DNA of 64,000 nt, taken from assembly GCA_963692865.2 (NCBI GenBank), contig OY843592.1:3360001-3424000 (forward strand), in the 5' to 3' direction. The DNA is from a bacterium (GTDB lineage Bacteria > UBA8248). The notes under the pieces are model-generated. The model saw only the letters and a program-made list of their open reading frames with translations, did not search any database and was not told the DNA's origin. Position numbers and translations under genes: made by a program. Positions 22,480 through 31,325 of this stretch are shown piece by piece; position 1 is the first letter of the stretch, and each line of letters opens with the position of its first letter.

Positions 22480-24335
22480 ACTTCCGCCGGGCGGATGGCG
22501 CGCAGTTCGAGCTGCACCGTGGTCTTGCCGCGCCATCGGTTCAGGCCGGGGGAGAACGCCACGTCCAGCCTGCCCTTCAAGAGTTCCGGCTCCTTGAGCA
22601 GCCCCCCCATGCCGAAGCCGATGGCCTCTCTTTCTTCGCGGAACTGTCGCAGGCTGAGTTTCAGGTGTTCGCCATCCCGGCCCACGCAGCCCGGGCTTCC
22701 CGCCACCTCGACGCGGGAGGCGAAGAAAACGGGCCGCGGGTTCTCCTCCCCGAAGGGCGCCATGTTCTCGAGTTGCTCCAGGAGCGGCGCGTCCATACTG
22801 GAGAGGTCGACGCGGGCGTCGAGCATGAGTTCGCGCTCATCCGCTCCGGTCTTTTCCATCTCGCGAATCACCTCCCGGAAGCGCTCCCTGAAAGCGCCTA
22901 TCTTCTCCTCCGCCACCTTGAGGCCCGCGGCGCCCTTGTGTCCGCCGAACTGGATCAGAAGGGCCGAGCAGCGCTCGAGCGCATCATATACGTTAAGACC
23001 CATGGCGGAGCGGACCGATCCCTTGCCCACCCCGTCCTTCAGGTGGATGAGTGCCGAGGGCCGGTGATACTCCTCCACGAGCTTTGCGGCCACGATGCCC
23101 ACCACGCCGGGGTGCCATTTGTCGCTCGCGAGCACGATGGCCCCATCGCGGGCGTCCGCTCCCGACGCGTCCATGACCGCCACCGCCTCCTCCCAGGCTT
23201 GCTGCTGCAAGTTCTGGCGCTGCCGGTTCCACTCCTCGAGCACCTCCGCGCGCGAGCGCGCCTCTCCCTCCTCGTCGGCGGTGAGAAGCTCGACGCCCAG
23301 GGAGGCTTCTCCTACCCGACCCGCCGCGTTGAGCCTCGGCGCGAGGGTGAAGGAGACGTGCCCGACGTTGAGCGTCTGGGCCTTGAGGTTCGCCGCGGCC
23401 TGTAAGGCGCGAATCCCGGCCTTTCGCCGATCCAGGGCCTCGAATCCGCCCTCGGCCACTTCGGGGGGCGAGAGGATCTCCAGCCCGTGGCGAACGAAAA
23501 TGTGATTCTCGTCCCGCAGGGGAACGACGTCGGCCACCGTGCCCAACGCCACCAGGTCGAGGTGCTGCTTCAGGTTCGGAAGCGGCGCCCCGAACCCGAC
23601 CTCGTGCAGGCGTCGCCTGACGGCCATGATCAGCTTGAAAGCGACCCCGACCCCGCTGAGTCCCTCAAAAGGATACCCGCAGCCCGGCCTGCGGGGGTTC
23701 AGGGCGGCCACGCAGGGCGGCAACTCATCGGGCGGGCTGTGATGATCCGTGATGACGAGGCTTATCCCCATCCGCTCGGCTTCCCTGGCGGCGGCCTGCG
23801 CGTTGATTCCGCAATCGACAGTCACCACCGTGTCGCAACCCGCCGCCTTGAGCTTTTCCAGGCCCTTTCGTTGCAGGCCGTATCCCTCGTCCAGGCGACT
23901 CGGGATGTAGTAGGCAACCTTGACGCCCACCTGGGTGAAAAACCGGCACAGAAGCGCCGTGGCGGAGATGCCGTCCACGTCGTAATCCCCATAAACGCCG
24001 ATGGGGCGGCGGCTTCTGATGCGCTCCAGGAGGTGGGAGACGGCCTCCTCCATCCCTTTCATCAGAAACGGATCGTGCAATCCTGACAGGGGAGCGTCCA
24101 GGAACCTGCGCGCCTCATCGGGGTCTTCAATTCCCCTTTGCGCGAGAAGTTTTCCCATCAGGGGAGGGAGGTTCAATTCGCGGGAAAGTTTTTCGGCCGA
24201 TTCCTTATCGACCGGGCGCAGAGTCCACTTGCGGGGAAAGGCGAGCGGGCCGGTGGAATCGCTCATCGGCCCTTCACGCTCCCCTGCTCCGCCCGCAGCC
24301 GCCGCGCCGGGGAAGTCGATTCCGAACAAACGCAT
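22476..24335 (-). CDS. recJ: Single-stranded-DNA-specific exonuclease RecJ
   Basis: GDYDVDG, TVDCG, TDHH, LGTVADVVPL, PRLNAAGR, GGHKGAAG; start may be 24266. Confidence 0.95.
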   Translation of the reverse strand: MRLFGIDFPGAAAAGGAGEREGPMSDSTGPLAFPRKWTLRPVDKESAEKLSRELNLPPLMGKLLAQRGIEDPDEARRFLDAPLSGLHDPFLMKGMEEAVSHLLERIRSRRPIGVYGDYDVDGISATALLCRFFTQVGVKVAYYIPSRLDEGYGLQRKGLEKLKAAGCDTVVTVDCGINAQAAAREAERMGISLVITDHHSPPDELPPCVAALNPRRPGCGYPFEGLSGVGVAFKLIMAVRRRLHEVGFGAPLPNLKQHLDLVALGTVADVVPLRDENHIFVRHGLEILSPPEVAEGGFEALDRRKAGIRALQAAANLKAQTLNVGHVSFTLAPRLNAAGRVGEASLGVELLTADEEGEARSRAEVLEEWNRQRQNLQQQAWEEAVAVMDASGADARDGAIVLASDKWHPGVVGIVAAKLVEEYHRPSALIHLKDGVGKGSVRSAMGLNVYDALERCSALLIQFGGHKGAAGLKVAEEKIGAFRERFREVIREMEKTGADERELMLDARVDLSSMDAPLLEQLENMAPFGEENPRPVFFASRVEVAGSPGCVGRDGEHLKLSLRQFREEREAIGFGMGGLLKEPELLKGRLDVAFSPGLNRWRGKTTVQLELRAIRPAEV

Positions 24336-24345
24336 CGCTCATAAA

Positions 24346-26145
24346 TCACTCACGACCGCGCCCGCCCGGGGCGCTCTTCGAGGGCCACGCGTCGCCGCCC
24401 TGAGCCCGAGCCGCTTCTTCGGAATTCTCCGCAGACAATTCGTCGGGGGAATCATCAAGGGGCGATTCGGCGACCGGAACGATCCCCGGGCCAAGTTCCT
24501 CGAAATCCGCCTCCCCGTCCGGCCCCGCACGCGGAGAGGCGCGCCTGCGCCACCCGTCCCTGATGGAAGGCTTCGGCATGGATCGCGCCATCATCTCGCG
24601 CGCCCCCTGGAAATGGGCGTTCACGGGATTCGAAAAATTCCGGTTCAACGAAACCATCGAGCGCACCAACTCACCCGTGAGGCTCTTGGGCCGGCAGGCG
24701 TTTCCGTTCATGAGAATCGAGAAAGCGAGGATTTCCCCGTTTCGGGCGGCCGCATATCCACTGAAGGCGCGCACGCCGTTCAACACGCCCGTCTTCACCC
24801 GCACCCGGCGCGAATCGACTCCGCGTCGGCGTCTTTTCTTCACCGTCCCGTCTACGCCGAACACGGCCAGCGACGCCATGAACTCGGGCCGCAGCCTGAA
24901 ATCGTTGTGCGCCGCTTCGAGCAGAAGCGCCAGAGCGCGCGGCGAGGCGCGGTTCATCCTGCTCAGGCCCGAACCGTCGGCGAGGGCGATCTCTTTCGCA
25001 GAGACTCCGGTGGAGATCAGGAAATCCCGCACGACGCGCAGGCCTTTTTCCGCCGTACCCGGCGCGCCGTGCGCTTCGGCGCCCATCGTCTTGAGAACCT
25101 GCTCGGCCACGAAATTGTTGCTGAACTTGTTGAGTCCGGTCACCACCTCGCTCAGGGGCGGCGAGAGGTTTCGCGCGAGAAGCTTCGCATCCGGCGGCGT
25201 GGCGGCCCGCCGGATTCCGCCCTTCAAGGCGATTCCCTGCCTTTCGAGTTCGACAGCGACCGCGCCGGCGGTGAAGGCGGTGGGGTCCGTAACGGGCACC
25301 CGATACAGCTTCATCCTCTTCCCCGCCGGAAACAAGCCGCTAATCTGCACGACATCCTTTCCTTTGGAGCGCCTGCGCCCGAGCCGGATTCTCAAGCTCC
25401 TGCGCGAGGTCTTCACCCTCGCATGGAGACGAAGCGCGCGCGAGGGCGGCTCGAGATTCGCCAAAGCCTGCGTACCGACCCCATCTCCCGGAGCCACGAG
25501 CACGTTCGCCGAACCAAAATTCAGGGACAAGGCCCCGTGCGGGGCCAGATACGGCCGGATGGAGCGGCCCACGCGCCACCCGCGCCCATGCTTCTTGTCG
25601 TCGAAAAACGCATCGTCCGCCACCAGATCGCCCTCGATGCGCCTTACGCCGCGCAGCTTGAGGCGGCGAACGAAGTCGCGCATCCTTTCATGCACGAAAA
25701 GCGGATCACCGTAGCCCTTGAGATAAAGGTCTCCCCGCAGGACGCCGCCTCGAACCTTGCCCTTCGCGTAGAAATCGGTGGCGAAGCGGTAGTCCGGCCC
25801 CAGGCGCGCGAGCGCGGCGGCGGCGATGAACAGCTTCACGTTCGACGCAGGAATCCGCTTTGTGGCGGCATTATGGGAGTAGAGCGTCTGCGCTGTGGAA
25901 ACCGAGCGAATGTAAAGGCCCAGGCGTCCGGGGCGGGCGCATTGCCTCTTGAGGGCGCGCCTTACCCTGGCCTGGAAGGCGGCCTTCGAGACGATGCCTT
26001 TTTTTGAAGCGATTCTTTTGTTCGGAGCGCGCCTTTTTCTTGCGGCGAGGGCGTCCGAGGAGCACAAGGCGATGAGGCACAAAACAATCGCCCATAGGGA
26101 AAATCTCAAAAACCGGCCCGCTGAATCCTGTCCCATGATTCTCAT
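24346..26145 (-). CDS. dacB: D-alanyl-D-alanine carboxypeptidase/endopeptidase (PBP4, peptidase S13)
   Basis: PASNVK (SxxK), SNN, DGSGLSR, KTG. Confidence 0.9.
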   Translation of the reverse strand: MRIMGQDSAGRFLRFSLWAIVLCLIALCSSDALAARKRRAPNKRIASKKGIVSKAAFQARVRRALKRQCARPGRLGLYIRSVSTAQTLYSHNAATKRIPASNVKLFIAAAALARLGPDYRFATDFYAKGKVRGGVLRGDLYLKGYGDPLFVHERMRDFVRRLKLRGVRRIEGDLVADDAFFDDKKHGRGWRVGRSIRPYLAPHGALSLNFGSANVLVAPGDGVGTQALANLEPPSRALRLHARVKTSRRSLRIRLGRRRSKGKDVVQISGLFPAGKRMKLYRVPVTDPTAFTAGAVAVELERQGIALKGGIRRAATPPDAKLLARNLSPPLSEVVTGLNKFSNNFVAEQVLKTMGAEAHGAPGTAEKGLRVVRDFLISTGVSAKEIALADGSGLSRMNRASPRALALLLEAAHNDFRLRPEFMASLAVFGVDGTVKKRRRRGVDSRRVRVKTGVLNGVRAFSGYAAARNGEILAFSILMNGNACRPKSLTGELVRSMVSLNRNFSNPVNAHFQGAREMMARSMPKPSIRDGWRRRASPRAGPDGEADFEELGPGIVPVAESPLDDSPDELSAENSEEAARAQGGDAWPSKSAPGGRGRE

Positions 26146-26193
26146 ATTCGGTGTCCGTCACGCGCCGGGCGGGGGCGGGAATACCGGGTATTC

Positions 26194-26751
26194 TCACAAA
26201 AAAGCGAGAGCCTGCATCACTTGCTGAACCGACGGGCGGTCACTGGGATATTTGCCCACGTGAACGTAGCGAACCACGCCGTTCTTGTCGATGATGAAAG
26301 TGGCGGGCCGGGCGATATCCTCTCTCGGATGAAGCACCCCGTATTGCTTGATAATTCGCTTCTTCGCGTCCGATATCAGGAGATACCGAATGCCCAATTC
26401 CCGCGTCGTCTTGTTCATCTCGAGCGCGTTGTCCGCGCTGACGGCGATGATTTCGGCCTGAAGCCCGTGAATTTTCCCTGAAAATCGTTGGAACTCGACG
26501 AGTTGCCGTTGGCAGATGACTCAGAAATGACCCCGATAAAAGATCATCAAGAGGTTCTTCTTGCCCTTGAGATCGGACAGCTTGAAGCCCTGGATTTCAA
26601 ACGCATGCGCCTTATCCCCCACCTTGGGACGATTCTCATCGAAAGGCGCTGCAGCCGCTCCATCCACGCTCATCACGCTCATGAGGAGGAAAGCGAGCGC
26701 CGTCGCCGCCGGGCGCAAAGCTCGCCTGAAAGAAAACCTGCACCATCTCAT
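26194..26751 (-). CDS. Selenocysteine-containing peroxiredoxin-like (AhpC/TSA) protein with signal peptide
   Basis: ORF-track pieces 26521..26787 and 26194..26418 are in frame across TGA 26523-26521: FYRGHF-U-VICQRQL...ARPATFIIDKNGVVRY; GGAGG before ATG 26751. Confidence 0.85.
26492..26504 (-). promoter_or_regulatory. Candidate bacterial SECIS hairpin (peroxiredoxin-like gene)
   Basis: AACUC-GUC-GAGUU at +17..+29 from the UGA. Confidence 0.6.
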
Positions 26752-26879
26752 CGGGGAAACCCTCCGGGTCATCAAGTCGAAAAACACCGCCGGGTCGAAT
26801 CTTAATCCGCCCGGAGCGGGCTGTAAACCATTCGGACGCGCCGCATTGACGATAAGAGGCGGCGTATGCGAATCTCCAA

Positions 26880-28454
26880 ATGTCTCCCGCCCGCCGGTAT
26901 GATCAGGTGAGAAACCAATCGCTTGCTCTTGTAGTTCTCATGCTGGCGTGCGCGAGTTTATACGCCTGCGGGGAAAATCGCTCAACGAAAGGCGACGCCA
27001 TCGTCGTCGGCATCGGAACCAACCCCACGCAACTCGACCCGAGGCTGGCGCAAGACGCCGTCTCCTCCAAGCTGCTGCGCTTCGTCTTCAGCCGCCTGAT
27101 ATCAAAGGACCACGAGGGCCGCACCGTCCTGGAACTCGCCGAGAAGTGGGAGCGGCCCACGCCCCTCGTTCACCGCTTCGAACTCAGGCGCGGGGTACGG
27201 TTCCACAACGGAGAAGCCCTCACCTCATCGGACGTGAAATACACCTTCGACTCCATACGCGACCCCTCGCTCGCCTCCCCCAAAGCGGCGGGACTTAAAG
27301 AGCTCGCGCGCATCGAAACGCCCACGCCGCACAGTGTCGTCTTTCATCTCAAGGAACCTTCCGCCTCGTTCGCGGAATCCCTCATGGTCGGCATACTCCC
27401 CAAAAGCGCGCGCGAAACGGGGAGCCGCTTCGCCCACAAACCCGTCGGCGCCGGTCCGTTTCAGTTCGTGGAATTCACGCCGGACGAGCGAATCACCTTA
27501 AAAGCGTTCGCTGGCCACTTCGCCGGCAAGCCCGCTTATGAGCGCCTCATCTTCCGGATTCTTCCCGAGGAGACCATCCGCGTCCTGGAACTAGAAAGCG
27601 GCGGGGTCGACTTCCTCCAGAACGCTTTCTCGCCCGACGTTTTGCCGCGCCTCATCAAAAACAAGCGGCTCAGGATACGAAAGCGCCTGGGGACGAACTT
27701 CAGCTATATCGGCTTCAACATGAGCGACCCGATTCTCTCCAAACTCGAGGTGCGGCGCGCGATAGCCCACGCCATCGACAGGCGGCCCATCGTGCGCTTC
27801 ATCCACAAGGGTCTCGTCCAGGAGGCGGACAGCCTGCTGCCCCCCGATCACTGGGCGCACCGAAGAGGTCTCCCAAGCTACGCGCACGACCCGGCCCTCG
27901 CAGTGAAACTCCTCGATGCGGCGGGCTATCCCGACCCCGACGGGCCGGGGCCTCGCCCGCGCTTTACGCTCGTCTACAAAACCTCGCAAAACGAGCTTGG
28001 CCGCCGCATCGCCACCGTGTTCGGCCATCAACTCGCCCGCGTGGGAATCAAGATGAAAATCCGCTCCTATGAGTGGGGCACGTTTTTCGGCGACGTCAGA
28101 AACGGGAACTTCCAGCTCTACAGCCTGACGTGGGTCGGCATATCGGACCCCGACATCTACCGCTACATCTTTCACAGCCGCTTCACCCCGCCGGCGGGCC
28201 TCAACCGCGGCCTCTACAAAAACGCGCGCGTGGACGCGCTTCTGGAAGAAGCCCACCAGTCCGATGACCCCGAGATTCGCGCCCGCGCCTACGGCGAGAC
28301 GCAGCGCATCCTGAGCGAGGAGCTCCCCTACATCAACCTGTGGCACAGCGTGAACGTGGCCGTCTTCGACAAGCGCATATCGGGCTATCGGGTATATCCG
28401 GATGCGGATTTCATCTCACTGGCGAAAGCGACTCTTTCACCCCTGGCGGAGTGA
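26880..28454 (+). CDS. Peptide/nickel ABC transporter substrate-binding lipoprotein (DppA/OppA family)
   Basis: Lipobox LYAC, LRRGVRFHNG, PVGAGPF, VRRAIAHAID; start uncertain. Confidence 0.9.
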   Translation: MSPARRYDQVRNQSLALVVLMLACASLYACGENRSTKGDAIVVGIGTNPTQLDPRLAQDAVSSKLLRFVFSRLISKDHEGRTVLELAEKWERPTPLVHRFELRRGVRFHNGEALTSSDVKYTFDSIRDPSLASPKAAGLKELARIETPTPHSVVFHLKEPSASFAESLMVGILPKSARETGSRFAHKPVGAGPFQFVEFTPDERITLKAFAGHFAGKPAYERLIFRILPEETIRVLELESGGVDFLQNAFSPDVLPRLIKNKRLRIRKRLGTNFSYIGFNMSDPILSKLEVRRAIAHAIDRRPIVRFIHKGLVQEADSLLPPDHWAHRRGLPSYAHDPALAVKLLDAAGYPDPDGPGPRPRFTLVYKTSQNELGRRIATVFGHQLARVGIKMKIRSYEWGTFFGDVRNGNFQLYSLTWVGISDPDIYRYIFHSRFTPPAGLNRGLYKNARVDALLEEAHQSDDPEIRARAYGETQRILSEELPYINLWHSVNVAVFDKRISGYRVYPDADFISLAKATLSPLAE

Positions 28455-28457
28455 TAG

Positions 28458-29378
28458 ATGCGGAAATTCCTCTTAAGGCGCGTTTTGCTGCTCATCCCCG
28501 TCCTGTGGGGGGTGACGACGCTCGTCTTCATCGTCACGCAGGTGCTGCCGGGCGACCCGGTGGACCTCATGCTGGGCGAGACCGCCCGCCCGGCACAGCG
28601 CGAACAACTGCGCAAGACACTCGGGCTGGACAGGCCCATCGGCGTTCAATACGCCGAATACATGGGCGGGCTCCTGCGGGGAGACCTGGGGAATTCACTC
28701 CACCAGAAACGAGCGGTCTCGGCCATCATCTTCGAGCGCACCTACGCTTCGGCGGAACTCACGCTCGCCTCGATGGCCGTTGCGCTGCTCATCTCGCTTC
28801 CGCTGGGAATCGCCGCGGCGCGAAGACAGGGCACGGCGCTCGACCTGGGGGCGGGCTTTCTCGCCGTGGCGGGGGCGAGCATGCCCGTATTCTGGCTCGG
28901 GCCGCTGCTCATCATCGTCTTCTCCATCGGGCTGGGCTGGCTGCCCGTCTCGGGTCGGGAAGGTAGTTTCAGCCTCGTCCTCCCGGCCGTGACGCTCGGC
29001 GCTGCGCTCTCACCGATATTGATGCGCATGACGCGCTCGAGCCTTCTGGAAGTGCTGCCGCAAGACTACATCGCCGCGGCGCGGGCGAAGGGCATCTCGG
29101 AGAGGCGGGTGCTCTGGCTCCACGCGCTCAAGAACGCGTGCCTGCCGCTCATCACCATCCTCAGCCTCCAGCTCGGCGCCCTGCTCTCCGGCGCGATTAT
29201 CACCGAGACCGTCTTCGCCTGGCCCGGCGTGGGGCGGCTGGTGATCCAGGCCATCGCCGCACGCGACTACCCTCTCGTGCAGGGTTGCGTGCTGTTCATC
29301 GCCGCCGTCTACGTGAGCGCGAACTTTCTGGCCGACGTCGCCTACGCCTGGCTGGACCCGCGCGTGAGGCTCACATGA
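28458..29378 (+). CDS. Peptide ABC transporter permease (DppB/OppB)
   Basis: PGDPV, DYIAAARAKG, ETVFAWPGVG. Confidence 0.92.
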   Translation: MRKFLLRRVLLLIPVLWGVTTLVFIVTQVLPGDPVDLMLGETARPAQREQLRKTLGLDRPIGVQYAEYMGGLLRGDLGNSLHQKRAVSAIIFERTYASAELTLASMAVALLISLPLGIAAARRQGTALDLGAGFLAVAGASMPVFWLGPLLIIVFSIGLGWLPVSGREGSFSLVLPAVTLGAALSPILMRMTRSSLLEVLPQDYIAAARAKGISERRVLWLHALKNACLPLITILSLQLGALLSGAIITETVFAWPGVGRLVIQAIAARDYPLVQGCVLFIAAVYVSANFLADVAYAWLDPRVRLT

Positions 29379-30184
29379 GGCGCGGCCTGTCCATTTACCT
29401 GGGCGGGGGAATCATCTCCCTTTTGCTCGTCGCCACCCTGGCCGCCCCTCTTCTCTCGCCCCAAAACCCCTACGAGATGGAACTATCCCTGGGGCTGGCG
29501 GCTCCCGAGGCGGCACACCCCTTCGGTCGGGACAAACTCGGCCGCGACATCCTGAGCCGCGTCCTCTACGGGGGGAGGACCTCGCTAATGGTGGGCTTCG
29601 CCGCCGTCTCGATATCCGTACTTCTGGGCGTCGTCATCGGAGGAATCGCGGGCTATCTGGGCGGGGTGTGGGATGAGGCGATCATGCGCGTGACAGACGT
29701 GTTCCTGGCCTTTCCGGGCATATTGCTCGCCATCGCGCTCATGTCGGTGCTCGCGCCGAGTCTTTGGAACATCGTCATTTCGCTGTCGGTCTTTGGATGG
29801 GTGGGCTACGCGCGCCTCACCCGCGCGCAGGTGCTGGCGCTGCGCGAACGCGAATTCGTTACCGCCGCCCGCGCAGCGGGCGCGGCGCCCGGGCGAATCC
29901 TCACCCGCCACCTGCTCACGAACGTCATCTCCCCGGTCATCGTGGAGGCGAGCATCGGCATGGCGGGTGCGATTCTCGCAGAATCGGGGCTCTCGTTCCT
30001 GGGGTTGGGAATACAACCGCCCGATCCGAGTTGGGGGGCGATGCTGGCCGAGGGGCGCGACTTTCTGCTCGTCGCCCCGCATCTGACGATTTATCCGGGA
30101 ATCGCCATTGCCCTCACCGTCATGGGCCTGAACGTCCTGGGCGACGGGTTGAGAGACCTGCTCGACCCGACTCAGAAGAGATAG
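29375..30184 (+). CDS. Peptide ABC transporter permease (DppC/OppC)
   Basis: HPFGRDKLGRD, LSFLGLG, GDGLRDLLDP; ATGA overlap. Confidence 0.92.
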   Translation: MRRGLSIYLGGGIISLLLVATLAAPLLSPQNPYEMELSLGLAAPEAAHPFGRDKLGRDILSRVLYGGRTSLMVGFAAVSISVLLGVVIGGIAGYLGGVWDEAIMRVTDVFLAFPGILLAIALMSVLAPSLWNIVISLSVFGWVGYARLTRAQVLALREREFVTAARAAGAAPGRILTRHLLTNVISPVIVEASIGMAGAILAESGLSFLGLGIQPPDPSWGAMLAEGRDFLLVAPHLTIYPGIAIALTVMGLNVLGDGLRDLLDPTQKR

Positions 30185-30639
30185 AGGAAGTACCAGCGCC
30201 GCTTTTTCTTCTTCTCTTTTTTCACGGCGGGGGCGGGAGCCTCTTGCCTGGGCGCGGACCCCGGCCCTTTTTCTCTTTTCAGTTGGGGAACGGGCTTCGG
30301 TTTGGGAATTTTGGCGATGTCGACCAATGCGCCGTGCGGAAAGGTGGTGCTGCGAACCTCCTTTTTGAAAAACGTCTCAGGCTGAACAAGGTGGCAAGCG
30401 AGGCACCGGGTAGCGGCGCGCAGCGGGCTCTTCTCGCCGTAGCGAAGTTGTTGCTTCTCGACGTGCGGGGATTCCTGGAAGCTTGCGTGCAGATGGCAGC
30501 TTTGGCAGTAGGATTTGACGACCACGTTCTCCTCCGCAAGAGGAAGAGAACCGCGCACCGCCCTTTCGATGGGCTTGCGCTGGCAGGCGGAAACGAGCAG
30601 CAAGCAGACCGCCAGCGCCATGAGCCATGAGTTCTTCAT
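30172..30639 (-). CDS. Putative diheme c-type cytochrome lipoprotein
   Basis: Lipobox-like VSAC; CQSCH and CLACH. Confidence 0.65.
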   Translation of the reverse strand: MKNSWLMALAVCLLLVSACQRKPIERAVRGSLPLAEENVVVKSYCQSCHLHASFQESPHVEKQQLRYGEKSPLRAATRCLACHLVQPETFFKKEVRSTTFPHGALVDIAKIPKPKPVPQLKREKGPGSAPRQEAPAPAVKKEKKKKRRWYFLYLF

Positions 30640-30737
30640 CCAGCCGCTCCCAGAAATCTACGTCCCCGAAACACCTCATTCCGCTCAGGAGCGCGCAGTA
30701 TACGGACTGCGCCTGTACGCCGCAACGAAGCCGCGCG

Positions 30738-31151
30738 TCAGGCGCTTTCCCTGCGATTCGCCACCGTTTCACGCACATAGGTGACGATGTCCTCCATCGT
30801 CGCGCCCGGGGTGAAAATCTCGTCCACCCCCTTTTCCTTGAGAAAGGGAATGTCCTCATCCGGCACGATGCCGCCCCCGAAGAGCAGGACGTCCTCCATG
30901 CCGTGCCCATCGAGCAGTTCACGGATTCTGGGAAACAGGTGGTTGTGCGCGCCGGATAGAATCGAGAGACCCACGCAGTCGACGTCCTCCTGCATGGCGG
31001 TCGAAGCGATTTGCTCGGGCGTCTGGCGGATGCCCGTGTAGATCACCTCCATGCCGGCGTCCCTGAGAGCGCGCGCGACCACCTTGGCCCCCCTGTCATG
31101 GCCGTCGAGGCCGGGCTTGCCCACCAGCACCCGTATTTTTCTCTCGCTCAT
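30738..31151 (-). CDS. Cobalamin-binding subunit (methylmalonyl-CoA mutase C-terminal-like)
   Basis: [30 protein letters not shown]. Confidence 0.92.
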   Translation of the reverse strand: MSERKIRVLVGKPGLDGHDRGAKVVARALRDAGMEVIYTGIRQTPEQIASTAMQEDVDCVGLSILSGAHNHLFPRIRELLDGHGMEDVLLFGGGIVPDEDIPFLKEKGVDEIFTPGATMEDIVTYVRETVANRRESA

Positions 31152-31325
31152 CCGCCGCCTCCACGCTTGATGCAATCCGGAAGGTTACAACCCCGATTAT
31201 CCTGTAAAGAAAGCCGCGTTTCAAACGAACTCCGGGGGCGTATCGACTTTTCCCAAAAGTTTGCGTAACCTCGAAACAACCAGACAAGAGCGTTTCCGAA
31301 TCACGTCGCCCCACAGGATTTTCAC

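Noticed and set aside
26194-26787. Pseudogene or two-gene reading of the split peroxiredoxin-like gene (and likewise the AhpD-like gene at 56545-57210)
   Set aside because: In each case the only interruption is a TGA at a catalytic Cys position followed by a SECIS-like hairpin, with both halves intact.
30738-31151. Orphan B12-binding mutase subunit as a novelty
   Set aside because: Split acyl-CoA mutases with distant subunit genes are common; the partner is probably elsewhere in the genome.
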